From assembly GCF_006345805.1 (NCBI RefSeq), contig NW_021833718.1, positions 1 to 53,372 of the forward strand: a stretch of DNA of 53,372 nucleotides. The letters run 5' to 3'. The position numbers and the translations under genes are program-made. The notes beneath the pieces were generated by a model, which was given only the letters and a program-made list of their open reading frames with translations, made no database searches and had not been told where the DNA came from. Source of the DNA: Octopus sinensis. Lineage: Eukaryota. Each line of letters opens with the position of its first letter. Position 1 is the first letter of the stretch. Positions 39,367 to 52,216 of the stretch are shown here, piece by piece.

Positions 39367-39449
39367 TTTTCCTGATGAGAAGGCGGCATAATGCACCCCT
39401 TATTCCTTCGAAATCAGGAATATGCAGCCTTCGAAACATATGTCGAAAA
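39367..39449 (+). ncRNA. Type I hammerhead ribozyme with canonical GUC site, in a fold-back element (39083-39500)
   Basis: Stem I TTTTC/GAAAA; CTGATGA 39372-39378; stem II GAAGGCGGCATA/TATGCAGCCTTC; GAAAC-ATAT-GTC; arms 39241-39364 / 39375-39500. Confidence 0.88.
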
Positions 39450-39534
39450 TAAAATAAGGAATTTTGTTAATTCGTCGTTTAACTCCATTCTTTCATTTAT
39501 ATATATATATATATATAGGCACAGGGGTGGCATA

Positions 39535-39955
39535 GGCGCAGGGGTGGCTGTGTGGTAAGTAGCTTGCTAACTAACCACATGGTTCCGGGTTCAGTCCCAC
39601 TGCGTGGCATCTTGGGCAAGTGTCTTCTGCTATAACCCCGGGCCGACCAATGCCTTGTGAGTGGATTTGGTAGACGGAAACTGAAAGAAGCCTGTCGTAT
39701 ATATGTATATATATATATGTATGTGTGTGTGTTTGTGTGTCTGTGTTTGTTCCCCTAGCATTGCTTGACAACCGATGCTGGTGTGTTTACGTCCCCGTCA
39801 CTTAGCGGTTCGGCAAAAAGAGACCGATAGAATAAGTACTGGGCTTACAAAAAGAATGAGTCCCGGGGTCGAGTTGCTCGACTAAAAGGCGGTGCTCCAG
39901 CATGGCCGCAGTCAAAATGACTGAAACAAGTAAAAGAGTAAAAGAGAGAGAGAGT
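39535..39955 (+). mobile_element. SINE family 1, full length, ending ~30 nt before the exon 6 acceptor
   Basis: Complete head, core and tail; short duplicated 5' end at 39518-39531. Confidence 0.9.
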
Positions 39956-39984
39956 ATATCATTTGTCTATCGTTTGTTTTTCAG

Positions 39985-40016
39985 ACATTGAAGGCACTGC
40001 TCAAATTGAGATTTGA
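39985..40016 (+). CDS. Gene A putative terminal coding exon (NIEGTAQIEI*)
   Basis: TTTGTTTTTCAG acceptor, TGA at 40014-40016, unique AT-rich 3'UTR-like sequence with AATAAA at ~40205 and ~40277. Confidence 0.55.
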
Positions 40017-40400
40017 ATAAAGGAAGAAATAAGCCATAACTCAATGCAAAAGACCCAAATATCTATACAACATCCGAAAGATTCCTAGAATGCACCGGCT
40101 CTACATCATATCGAGCCCTCACCGTGTTACTCCGCGTTGTGTGACATATAAATAGAACTCAACACCTATTTTTTGATCTTAAAATGACATTTTTCGTAAA
40201 TGTAAATAAAGGTGCCTTAAACTAACTTTGAGAAGAAATATCTGCTTTTTCAATATTTGTAATAACTTGTATTATGAATAAAGAATTAAATCTATTTTTG
40301 CTTGAACTTCATTAATCTAGCTATAATATAAACTTTGGTAAAGGTACATGAGGGAAAATATAAAGAGTGTCTTCATCGTTTTAAGTGTAATGACGAAATA

Positions 40401-41008
40401 GGCGCAGGAGTGGGTGTGTGGTAAGTAGCTTGTTTACCAACCACATTGTTCCGGGTTCAGTACCACTGCGTGGCACCTTGGGCAAGTGTCTTCTACTATA
40501 GCCTCGGGCCGACCAAAGCCTTGTAAGTGGATTTGGTAGACGGAAACTGAAAGAAGCCCATCGTATATATGTATATATATAAGTGCAGGAGTGGCTGTGT
40601 GGTAAGTAGCTTGTTTACCAACCACATGGTTCCGGGTTCAATCCCACTGCGTGGCACCTTGGGCAAGTGTCTTCTACTATAGCCTCGGGCCGACCAAAGC
40701 CTTGTGAGTGGATTTGGTAGACGGAAACTGAAATAAGCCCGTCGTATATATGTATATGTATAATATATATATATATATATATATGCGTGTGTGTGTTTGG
40801 GTGTCTGTGTTTGTCCCCCTAGCATTGCTTGACAACCGATGCTGGTGTGTTTATGTCCCCGTTACTCAGCGGTTCGGCAAAATAGACCGATTGAATAAGT
40901 ACTTCGCTTACAAAAGAATAAGTCCCGGGGTCGAGTTGCTCGATTAAAGGCGGTGCTCCAGCATGGCCGCAGTCAAGTGACTGAAACTAGTAAAAGAGTA
41001 AAAGAGTA
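40401..41008 (+). mobile_element. SINE family 1 with duplicated 5' half (40401-40580, then 40583-41008)
   Basis: Two near-identical heads sharing GCTTGTTTACCAACC, single tail. Confidence 0.9.
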
Positions 41009-41137
41009 ACATAAGCTCGGGGTTTAGTATGTATGGTGCACTTACGCAGCCCATTTAAGTAAAGTTTCGCCCATGTGAGTAAAGTTAAATAAATATTTAT
41101 ATATTAAATTTGTTACTGTTTGAAGAACAATGGTCGA

Positions 41138-43851
41138 GGCGCGTGGCTTAGTGGTTAGGGTGTCAGTACCATGATCGGAAGATTGTGGTTTCGATTCCTG
41201 GACCGGGCTACGCGTTGTGTTCTGGAGCAAAACACTTCATTTAACGTTGCGCCTGGCTAGGCTTTAAAAAGGGTTAGGTTTATTTCTGGATGTGCGTGGT
41301 TTAGTGGTTAAGGTGTCAGTACCATGATCGGAAGATTGTGGTTTCGATTCCTGGACCGGGCTACGCGTTGTGTTCTGGAGCAAAACACTTCATTTACCGT
41401 TGCTCCTGGCTAGGCTTTAAAAAGGGTTAGGTTTATTTCTGGATGTGCGTGGTTTAGTGGTTAAGGTGTCAGTACCATGATCGGAAGATTGTGTTTCGAT
41501 TCCTGGACCGGGCTACGCGTTGTTTCTGGAGCAAAACACTTCATTTACCGTTGCTCCTGGCTAGGCTTTAAAAAGGGTTAGGTTTATTTCTGGATGTGCG
41601 GGTTTAGTGGTTAAGGTGTCAGTACCATGATCGGAAGATTGTGGTTTCGATTCCTGGACCGGGCTACGCGTTGTGTTCTGGAGCAAAACACTTCATTTAC
41701 CGTTGCTCCTGGCTAGGCTTTAAAAAGGGTTAGGTTATTTCTGGATGTGCGTGGTTTAGTGGTAAGGTGTCAGTACCATGATCGGAAGATTGTGGTTTCG
41801 ATTCCTGGACCGGGCTACGCGTTGTGTTCTGGAGCAAAACACTTCATTTACCGTTGCTCCTGGCTAGGCTTTAAAAAGGGTTAGGTTTATTTCTGGATGT
41901 GCGTGGTTTAGTGGTTAAGGTGTCAGTACCATGATCGGAAGATTGTGGTTTCGATTCCTGGACCGGGCTACGCGTTGTGTTCTGGAGCAAAACACTTCAT
42001 TTACCGTTGCTCCTGGCTAGGCTTTAAAAAGGGTTAGGTTTATTTCTGGAGGTGCGTGGTTTAGTGGTTAAGGTGTCAGTACCATGATCGGAAGATTGTG
42101 GTTTCGATTCCTGGACCGGGCTACGCGTTGTGTTCTGGAGCAAAACACTTCATTTACCGTTGCTCCTGGCTAGGCTTTAAAAAGGGTTAGGTTTATTTCT
42201 GGATGTGCGTGGTTTAGTGGTTAAGGTGTCAGTACCATGATCGGAAGATTGTGGTTTCGATTCCTGGACCGGGCTACGCGTTGTGTTCTGGAGCAAAACA
42301 CTTCATTTACCGTTGCTCCTGGCTAGGCTTTAAAAAGGGTTAGGTTTATTTCTGGAGGTGCGTGGTTTAGTGGTTAAGGTGTCAGTACCATGATCGGAAG
42401 ATTGTGGTTTCGATTCCTGGACCGGGCTACGCGTTGTGTTCTGGAGCAAAACACTTCATTTACCGTTGCTCCTGGCTAGGCTTTAAAAAGGGTTAGGTTT
42501 ATTTCTGGAGGTGCGTGGTTTAGTGGTTAAGGTGTCAGTACCATGATCGGAAGATTGTGGTTTCGATTCCTGGACCGGGCTACGCGTTGTGTTCTGGAGC
42601 AAAACACTTCATTTACCGTTGCGCCTGGCTAGGCTTTAAAAAGGGTTAGGTTTATTTCTGGAGGTGCGTGGTTTAGTGGTTAAGGTGTCAGTACCATGAT
42701 CGAAGATTGTGGTTTCGATTCCTGGACCGGGCTACGCGTTGTGTTCTGGAGCAAAACCTTCATTTACCGTTGCTCCTGGCTAGGCTTTAAAAAGGGTTAG
42801 GTTTATTTCTGGATGTGCGTGGTTTAGTGGTTAAGGTGTCAGTACCATGATCGGAAGATTGTGGTTTCGATTCCTGGACCGGCTACGCGTTGTGTTCTGG
42901 AGCAAAACACTTCATTTACCGTTGCTCCTGGCTAGGCTTTAAAAAGGTTAGGTTTATTTCTGGATGTGCGTGGTTTAGTGGTTAGGTGTCAGTACCATGA
43001 TCGGAGATTGTGGTTTCGATTCCTGGACCGGGCTACGCGTTGTGTTCTGGAGCAAAACCTTCATTTACCGTTGCTCCTGGCTAGGCTTTAAAAAGGGTTA
43101 GGTTTATTTCTGGAGGTGCGTGTTTAGTGGTTAAGGTGTCAGTACCATGATCGGAAGATTGTGGTTTCGATTCCTGGACCGGGCTACGCGTTGTGTTCTG
43201 GAGCAAAACACTTCATTTACCGTTGCGCCTGGCTAGGCTTTAAAAAGGTTAGGTTTATTTCTGGAGGTGCGTGGTTTAGTGGTTAAGTGTCAGTACCATG
43301 ATCGGAAGATTGTGGTTTCGATTCCTGGACCGGGCTACGCGTTGTGTTCTGGAGCAAAACACTTCATTTACCGTTGCTCCTGGCTAGGCTTTAAAAAGGG
43401 TTAGGTTTATTTCTGGATGTGCGTGGTTTAGTGGTTAAGGTGTCAGTACCATGATCGGAAGATTGTGGTTTCGATTCCTGGACCGGGCTACGCGTTGTGT
43501 TCTGGAGCAAAACACTTCATTTACCGTTGCTCCTGGCTAGGCTTTAAAAAGGGTTAGTTTTATTTCTGGAGGTGCGTGGTTTAGTGGTTAGGTGTCAGTA
43601 CCATGATCGGAAGATTGTGGTTTCGATTCCTGACCGGGCTACGCGTTGTGTTCTGGAGCAAAACACTTCATTTACCGTTGCTCCTGGCTAGGCTTTAAAA
43701 AGGGTTAGGTTCATTTCTGGAGGTGCGTGGTTTAGTGGTTAAGGTGTCAGTACCATGATCGGAAGATTGTGGTTTCGATTCCTGGACCGGGCTACGCGTT
43801 GTGTTCTTGAGCGAAACACTTCATTTCACGTTGCTACAGTCCACTTAGCTG
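41138..43851 (+). repeat. Tandem array of 18 units (~153 bp): SINE family 3 tRNA-like head plus a ~38-bp linker
   Basis: Unit starts 41138, 41291, 41444, 41595, 41746, 41898, 42051, 42204, 42357, 42510, 42663, 42814, 42965, 43115, 43266, 43418, 43571, 43722; A-box TGGTTTAGTGG, B-box-like GTTTCGATTCC. Confidence 0.95.
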
Positions 43852-44353
43852 AATTAATACCCTAAAAAATTGTATGGGTGAGGGTCTTCCTCCTTCAAGA
43901 CAGCACAGCTCATCACTGGAATTTCCTTCTACTCACTGGGGCTATGTTCACCGTGAGCATCCATCTTTCCATATACACAAACTGGTGATGGACGCATATT
44001 AGTTACCATCCCAGTTTTAGATTACTTTACTCTTTGGCACCATAGGTTAACTAAGAAATATCTGGATGAGTGTATTTATAGGGATGTGTATATCTTCGAT
44101 TTTATCTCTCATTCCTGGGGTTAAAAACGGTAGTATGCACGGTTCTTACGTAACAGCCATGTTGAAGTGACGAAAAACTTTAATTTTCAGTTTACTTTTC
44201 AACTCTTATAGCAATTTTCTAACGATATGTGTGTGAGAGTGTGTATGTGCGTGTGCGTTTGCGTGTGTGAATATGTGAGTCTGTGTGTGTGTGGGAGTGA
44301 GACCATTGGATTTTTGCTTTATGGTATCACAGTGCCTTGCTGTTTATATCAAT

Positions 44354-44443
<90 letters not shown>

Positions 44444-44562
44444 TTTGTGTGTGTGTGTGTATGTATATATATATACCTGTCAGTCAGAGAGGTAGACAGA
44501 GAGACAGACACACAAAAAGAAAAGAGAGGTAGATAGGCAGACAGACAGACAGAATAGATAGC

Positions 44563-44630
<68 letters not shown>

Positions 44631-45056
44631 AAGAAAGATGGATAGATTGACATATAGAGATAGATAGATAGACACATAGTTATATAAGTATATATATGTT
44701 TGTAAGTATGAATATATTTCGAAACACGCTGGAGTTGAACTAGGGACAGCTGATGAAGGGGATTTTTCCTTGTGTAGTTGTCTTGTACTCTGTTTTTTCG
44801 TTGTTAAAGGAATGGTCCGTTCCATACTGTTTTTACGTTTTCGTTTCTCGTTGAGTTCTACGTCTATTTGTGGTGTCCTGTATACACGTATATATATTTA
44901 TATATGCATGTATATATACATGTAGATGTAGGTACGTACATATATGTTTGTATGTATGCATGTATTCTATTTTTTACACTATTGTATGACTGAGCGCCCT
45001 CGCGTCGATTCGATTCGATTCGTTTCGTTTCGTTTCTTCTTCTTCTTCTCTAAGCT

Positions 45057-45093
<37 letters not shown>

Positions 45094-45311
45094 ATCACGT
45101 GACCGACCAGACCATCAGATGTTGTTACACATCGCTGGTCACAATGCGTTCGCACTGTTTTAGCCTTCGAATGACGCCACCCCGCTGGCTAAGCGAGAAG
45201 AAAGAATGGGAGAAAGAATACAGCAGGGATCACCACCCACTGCCGGAGCAACACACACATATATATATATATATATATAATATATATATATATATATACA
45301 TACATATTTAT

Positions 45312-45450
<139 letters not shown>

Positions 45451-45484
45451 TATAATACTATAATAATGATGACTAGTCTTGTTA

Positions 45485-45690
45485 ATTACAGCCATCCAGT
45501 ATTTCCTGGTCGAAACATTAATCTCTTTCGCCGTTTTTCAAGCTGAGAACAAAACCGTTTGACAGATGCTTTTTTTAGGCAGATGATTTTTATCAGCTTA
45601 AAAAGCAACTGACAAACGGGCTTGTTCTCAGCTTGAAGAATGGCCAAATAGATTAATGTCTCAATCAGGAACCCTGGGTAGCTGTAACAA
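45485..45690. mobile_element. Diverged fold-back MITE-like element
   Basis: TTCAAGCTGAGAACAA / TTGTTCTCAGCTTGAA, ACATTAATCT / AGATTAATGT and TTACAGC / GCTGTAA pair symmetrically. Confidence 0.7.
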
Positions 45691-45738
45691 GACTTGTGGT
45701 CTTTAATATTACTATATATGATTCTGTAGAAGTGTGTG

Positions 45739-45771
<33 letters not shown>

Positions 45772-45970
45772 ACATACATATATATATACACACTCACACA
45801 CATACACATACGCATATACACATACACACACATACACATACACACATACACATACACACACGTACATACACACACGCATATAAACAGATAGATAGACAGA
45901 GATCAATAGATAGATCGATAGAAAGAGTTAGTCAGTCAGACAAACTGACAGTCAGTCAGACAGGTAAATG

Positions 45971-46005
<35 letters not shown>

Positions 46006-46054
46006 TGATTGATAGATAGATAGATAGATTGATTGATAGATAGATCGATATATA

Positions 46055-46175
<121 letters not shown>

Positions 46176-46616
46176 TGATAGATTGATAGATTGATAGATA
46201 GATGCCCATGCTTGGGGATAGTCTAATGGCTGAAACTAATAAAAAAGTACAAGTAAAAGAATCTCAAAAATATAGATTTCGTATGGTAATTACTCTGCTA
46301 ACTACGACGAAGATCTTATCAACTTGGAAATATAAAACGGACTATATTTTATCTAAATTAATGAGACATTCTTCGCATGGACAGATGAAGTCGGTAAGCA
46401 GCATGAGCTTACATCTTCTCGGTGCCATGTTCCAGCCAGCCAAACTCCCAGGTTTACTTGTGGATTTCGTCATCACCTCGTCATAATGTTAGAATGTGTA
46501 GAACATTTTATCGTCTGTCATGTTTTGCACACAGTTACACGGATGTCGTCAACACATGCCATGGCGGATTAGTAGACGCCTCGAATCAAACAATGTTAGC
46601 TCTAGCATTATTTCAT

Positions 46617-46986
46617 TGAGTGGCTTTGTGGTAAGTAGCTTGCTTACCAACCACATGGTTCCGGGTTCAGTCCCACTGCGTGGCACCTTGGGCAAGTGTC
46701 TTCTACTATAGCCGCGGGCTAACCAAAACCTTGTGAGTGGATTGGTAGACGGAAACTGAAAGAAGCCCGTCGTATATATGTATATATATATGTGTGTGTG
46801 CGCGTGCATGTCTGTGTATTTGTGTTTGTCCCTCTAGCATTGCTTGACAACCGATGCTGATGTGTTTATGTCCCCGTAAATTGCGGTTCGGCAAAAGAGA
46901 TCGATAGAATAAGTACTGGGCTTACAAAGAATAAGTCCCCTGGGTCGAGTTGTTCAAATGATTGAAACAAGTAAAAGAGCAAAGAG
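46617..46986 (+). mobile_element. SINE family 1 with a small deletion in the tail
   Basis: Head, core, internal microsatellite, GAAACAAGTAAAAGAG end. Confidence 0.88.
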
Positions 46987-47125
46987 ATTCACTACATATA
47001 CAATAAATGGAAGAGGGGATTCATGGTGAAATGTAGGAGCGAGACGAAACCCTTTCGGTAGTTGGTTACCGACTCAGACTAGCAAACTGAAAACGCTGTA
47101 TATCAAAACGAACAAATTACTAAAA

Positions 47126-47291
47126 ATGGAGACCGAAACCGGATATTCTGAGTACAGTCGGCGAACAGAGATAGTCGGTCAGATCGAAAGAGTTCATTTG
47201 TTTCATACTGATTATCAGATTAAATCTGTTACCAACTCTCTCGCTCTCTCTCTGTTTCTGTCTCCCTCTACGTGTGTATATGTGTGTGTGC

Positions 47292-47369
<78 letters not shown>

Positions 47370-47399
47370 TATATACATATGTATCTATTATTATATATG

Positions 47400-47471
<72 letters not shown>

Positions 47472-47816
47472 GTATATATATATCATATATATATTATATA
47501 TATATATATAGGAGGAAGAAATATGCATACATGTGGTTACTTGTATACTTTTTTAAATCTCTATTTATGTACGTTTACTTTAGTTGTGATATTTTTTCTT
47601 CCACTGATGCAGTTTCCGAGCATTCAGAATTATCTGATGAAACGTATATAAGATGTAAGATATAAATGAATGACTTTTTCTTACTTCGAATTATTACACT
47701 TAGCTGGTTCCTTGTTCTCTGGTATCTGCATTGTTCACACACATACACGCACACACACACGTACGTACGTACGTAGACATATGCAAACACGGAGATGCAT
47801 ATATATATATATATTA

Positions 47817-47874
<58 letters not shown>

Positions 47875-48291
47875 TGTGTGGGGGAAGTGAGTGTGTGGTA
47901 AAATCAAGCAATATACGATTCCATAAGTTGAGACAGTAAAGGTATATTAAAAACAAAAATTCCTGTGCTTTTACCATATATCAGCACACTCGCAGACACA
48001 CACGTATATTATATATATATATTATAATATAATTATATATATATATATATATATAATTAGTGAATGGAAGAAATGGAGTTGAACGAAGATTGTACAGAAT
48101 TCCTGTTATTACATTCTACACATGTTTCAAAGGCCACAATTTTCCAAATTCTGATTAAATAAGGATACCATATTGCAGCTTTCTCTTCAGGTAAAAGCAG
48201 GAATTACGTTGACCGAACAAAACAAAACAAAACAGAGGCGCAGCAAAGCAAATTCGAACGAGAACGCTCCTTAGGAGCCCATGGTTAAACT

Positions 48292-48345
<54 letters not shown>

Positions 48346-48436
48346 GCATACATGTATGTATGTATGTACGTATCCGTGTATCAATATATGTATATGTGTT
48401 TATGTATATATATGTATGCATGATTATATATTGATG

Positions 48437-48493
<57 letters not shown>

Positions 48494-49151
48494 ATATATA
48501 TTTGTTTATGTAAATGTATCTGTATGCATGTAGATTTATATATATAGACATGACACTAATAAATTCCTCCTTTGTACACTCTTTGGATCGTTGCATCAAA
48601 TTTTGCCAACGTGTCCGACCGAGTGGGCGTGCTTGTGAATGTATGCATATATATAAATATTGAAATGATTTTTTTTTTATCCTTTTCGTTGTAGACGGCC
48701 GTGGACAAGCATATTTTGATGGTTAGTTAATATCGAATGCCCTTTCTGAAGTTGTAATTCGAGCCATCATCTTTTGTATTTCAATGCAGCGCATCTGTTC
48801 ACCTAACAAGTATCGCATACACTGGCACTCGCCAGATTCACAATATGCAAATAATATATAAATATATATTTACACAAATATCTCTCACGACTATATTTAT
48901 TTATATATATGGATGTATACGCACGCACACACAGGCACATACACATATATATACACAGGCGCACACGCATACGCAAAGAGAAACACATATATATACACTC
49001 ATACACAGACATATATACACACATTTTTACGAACACACATACACCCCCACACACACGCACATATATACACGCCTATTTAACATCTTTACCGATATTTCTG
49101 CAGCAATATATGGTTTCGCAACTTTTTTCATCAGATACGATACCCCGATAG
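47126..49151 (+). CDS. Paralog B: putative 4-exon, 45-aa product (47126-47177, 47613-47654, 48695-48721, 49135-49151), or a pseudogene
   Basis: Middle exons are clear homologs of gene A exons 2 and 3 with AG/GT sites and phase 1-1; first exon (AAAAATG, G|GTCAGA) and last exon are weaker inferences. Confidence 0.5.
48113..48196 (-). ncRNA. Decayed type I hammerhead, same family as 33293 and 39367 (element ~48060-48292)
   Basis: Minus strand CTGAAGA-GAAAGCTGCAAT...ATTGTGGCCTTT-GAAAC-ATGT-GTA; stem I disrupted. Confidence 0.65.
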
Positions 49152-49997
49152 CTACCTAGTTATCCAAAGCCTCCTATTGCCCCCCCCCCCACTGTAAATC
49201 AGTGATGGTCTTCGCTGCGGCCTTAACACGAAGCCTGGTTAGAATTTTGCAGTGTGAACGCAGACAAAATGAAAGTATGTATGTACTTTGTTTTTTCTTT
49301 CTAATTCAGAGTAAACGTTGACCGTCCACTTCCTCTGTACCAATGCTGTGAAGGATAGTTTCTTACTTTTTTTCATCATCCTTTAATCCCTGAGAAATCC
49401 TGCAGAATCTTTATAGTCCCTGATATTGTGATCATTTGTAGTGTATGACTTAAGGATTGGCATTCACTCCCGTCATTATTCAGTTTTATTTCCAGCCAAT
49501 AAAGGGCTGATATATAACCTAGATCCGAGGCTCCTTCATTGGAATTGCAACAGCATCAAGGTATTTTTGTAAGTATGTATGTATGTATGTATGTATGTAT
49601 GTATGTATGTATTTATGCATGTCTGTACGTATGTATGTATACTTGCAGATCTGCATGTTTCGTTTTATGTATGTCTTCTCATGCATATACTTGCATGCTC
49701 ATATATGCATAAATGATAAATTTATGGAAAGTTTACAGATTTTTTACAGCTACAGTGATGGCTTGGATCTGTAGTCATCCAATCAGCTTTCTCCTTTCTG
49801 GTTTTGAGAAGCCTAATTTCTCAAAATTTGGTATTTAGACAGTGTGTTACATATCCCAGGGCCACAATAGCTACGGGTATAAACCTGAACTTGTTGTCTG
49901 GATAGAATAACCGCAGATTTCTCAATAGTTCAATAGATAAATAGAGAGACAAACGGAGGGACAGACAGACAGATTGATAGATAGTTAGTTAGTTAGT

Positions 49998-50081
<84 letters not shown>

Positions 50082-50122
50082 CAGATAGATAGACAGACAG
50101 ACAGACAGATAGATAGATAGAT

Positions 50123-50189
<67 letters not shown>

Positions 50190-50190
<1 letters not shown>

Positions 50191-50400
50191 AATGTGACCG
50201 CGTGTGTACCGTTGGCGATATTTTCCCTCTGTCTTCCCTTCTCTGGATCTTTCCTTCTCCTATGTTTCCGACGAAGAGCTCTGTTCCAAACGTTAAACCC
50301 TCCTTCTTTCCTTCTTTCCTGAGCGTCCAATAACACTATATTTGCTCCACGTCCCCACGTTGTATTTTCTCTTTGTGTTTTTATGTTTGGATTAACTATA
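50190..50400 (+). mobile_element. Short PLE-derived repeat with a mutated minimal HHR-like motif
   Basis: GTTT-CCGACGA-A-GAGC-TCT-GTTC-CAAAC-GTT-AAAC at 50264-50298; layout parallels the 24180/33985 family. Confidence 0.5.
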
Positions 50401-51063
50401 TATAACAGACACTTTCTCATGATGATGTGCAATGAAACTGAACCCAAGAGAACGTGTTTGCAGCGAGAGCTTGTAAAACACCCACCACACTCCAACCTAC
50501 TCTGATGAATAATAATGTTTTTTTTCAAATACTATTTGTGTTATGGTTGATATCATTCGTGAATATGAATTCGTAATGAAAGTATAGCTCAAAGCACGTT
50601 CTTAAGGGAAATGATTAGAATGGAATTCATCTAAAGCGAGAACTAAAGGTTGTCCATCATTGCTTTCAATCTATGGAGAAGCAGTTAAATTGACTCTGCT
50701 TATATTATATATATTATATATATATATATCTATATATATATATATATATAATTATGTACTGCCTTGTTTCCGTATATTAATATCGTACCTTGACACTGAG
50801 TGGATAGAAAACCCCGTTGGCAGGACGCTGATATTAAAAGGAAATGTTAAATACTTATCGTATGCAAATTAGTAGCTGTAGTTCTCTGTAGCTACGGGTC
50901 CTGATTACATAAACAGATTGGTCTCATTGATTTCACTGGGATTTGTTGCAATGGTGTAGAGATCACTAATCAGATGTGAATAAGGTTTGAAAATCGATTG
51001 AGGCTGTTCATTTTCTTGGTTTTTTTCCCTTAAGTCTATGGAGGAAGAGTTTAATTTGCCTTG

Positions 51064-51320
51064 TTACGTCCGCCTTAGCAAAGGCGGAGGTATTATTTTC
51101 AGTCGTGTTTATTTGACCGTGAACACGTATCTGAATAACAGCAGGATGGATTCGGATGAAACTTTCAGGGATGTTTGGCCTTGTAACTGGCACGAATTGG
51201 TTAGATTTTAGGATCCATCCGGTACCGGACAAGGATTCTGGATTATTTTTCCTGTTTTTTGTCTTTTTAAAACACTTTTCTTTTTAATTTTGAGGACGTT
51301 CGGATGGATGTATTTTCAGA
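51064..51320. mobile_element. Helentron/DINE-like non-autonomous element (tentative)
   Basis: TTAC.TCCGCCTT-AGCA-AAGGCGGAGGT subterminal hairpin followed by GGATT..GATGAAACTTT, resembling such elements. Confidence 0.5.
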
Positions 51321-51556
51321 GTAGAACTTTATTTAAGAATTATCATGTTTATAAACGTTTGAAGGCATATCCATTGCCTGCATAAACACGCCAAAATAGT
51401 CATGCGTCTTTGACAAGAGAGAAGAAAAGAAGAGGAAACAGATAAGAATGCGTCTGGTCTGTAAGAAAGACTGAAGGAAAGAAAGATGACCACGCGTGGA
51501 CAAGAAAGATAGACGATGGTCACGTGTGCGCAACGAGAGAGAGAGTAAAGAAGAAA

Positions 51557-51594
<38 letters not shown>

Positions 51595-52216
51595 CAGGGT
51601 GTGTCTACTAAGGATACATTTATGAGTGAATGCCTTCGAATAAATATTATCGTTTTTTGTTGTGAGGAACGAGAGAGAGAGAGAGTAAAGAAAAAATAGG
51701 GAGAGAGAGTGAGAGAGAGGGAGAGGCAGTGTGTGTCTGTTAAGGATACATTTATGTGTGAATGCCTTCGAGTAAATATTATCGGTTTTTGTAATATGAG
51801 ATTAAGCAGTTAAAGTGATAGTCTCAGTTTTTTCTAATCTTGTCACAAGGAAGACAATTTTAAAAGTAGAGGGGAAAGATCATCAGTATACGACTTGCAT
51901 TATTTCATCAAAAACAAAAAGACAAAATGTCAAGTTGGTCTCGGCGGGATTAGAACTCAGGAGGTTACCATTCAGGAGAAATACCGACGCCGTGGAAAAT
52001 CGGCAATTTCGACGCCTTAATACTATTCTAAATAAGCTCATGCTCGTCAACCATTTAATATAATGATGCCTAAATAATAAAAAATTGAGAGAAACCAGAA
52101 AATCTTATAACAGTATTCCTTTGCGATTTAGGCAGCCTATTTGACGATAACTTCTCTTAGAGTTAAGTCATTTGCGATCATAAATTTTACTAATTATTAT
52201 TTTAATTTATTGAAAA

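Noticed and set aside
41138-43851. CRISPR array or tRNA gene cluster
   Set aside because: Units are essentially identical, with no unique spacers and no cas genes. By eye the tRNA-like part lacks a proper acceptor stem and T-stem, and it continues into a SINE core.
44715-44765. GAAAC...CTGATGA as a permuted hammerhead
   Set aside because: I could not build consistent stems I-III with a valid cleavage triplet.
47126-47665. 179-aa continuous ORF
   Set aside because: It reads through (TA)n intron-like sequence; only its ends match plausible exons.
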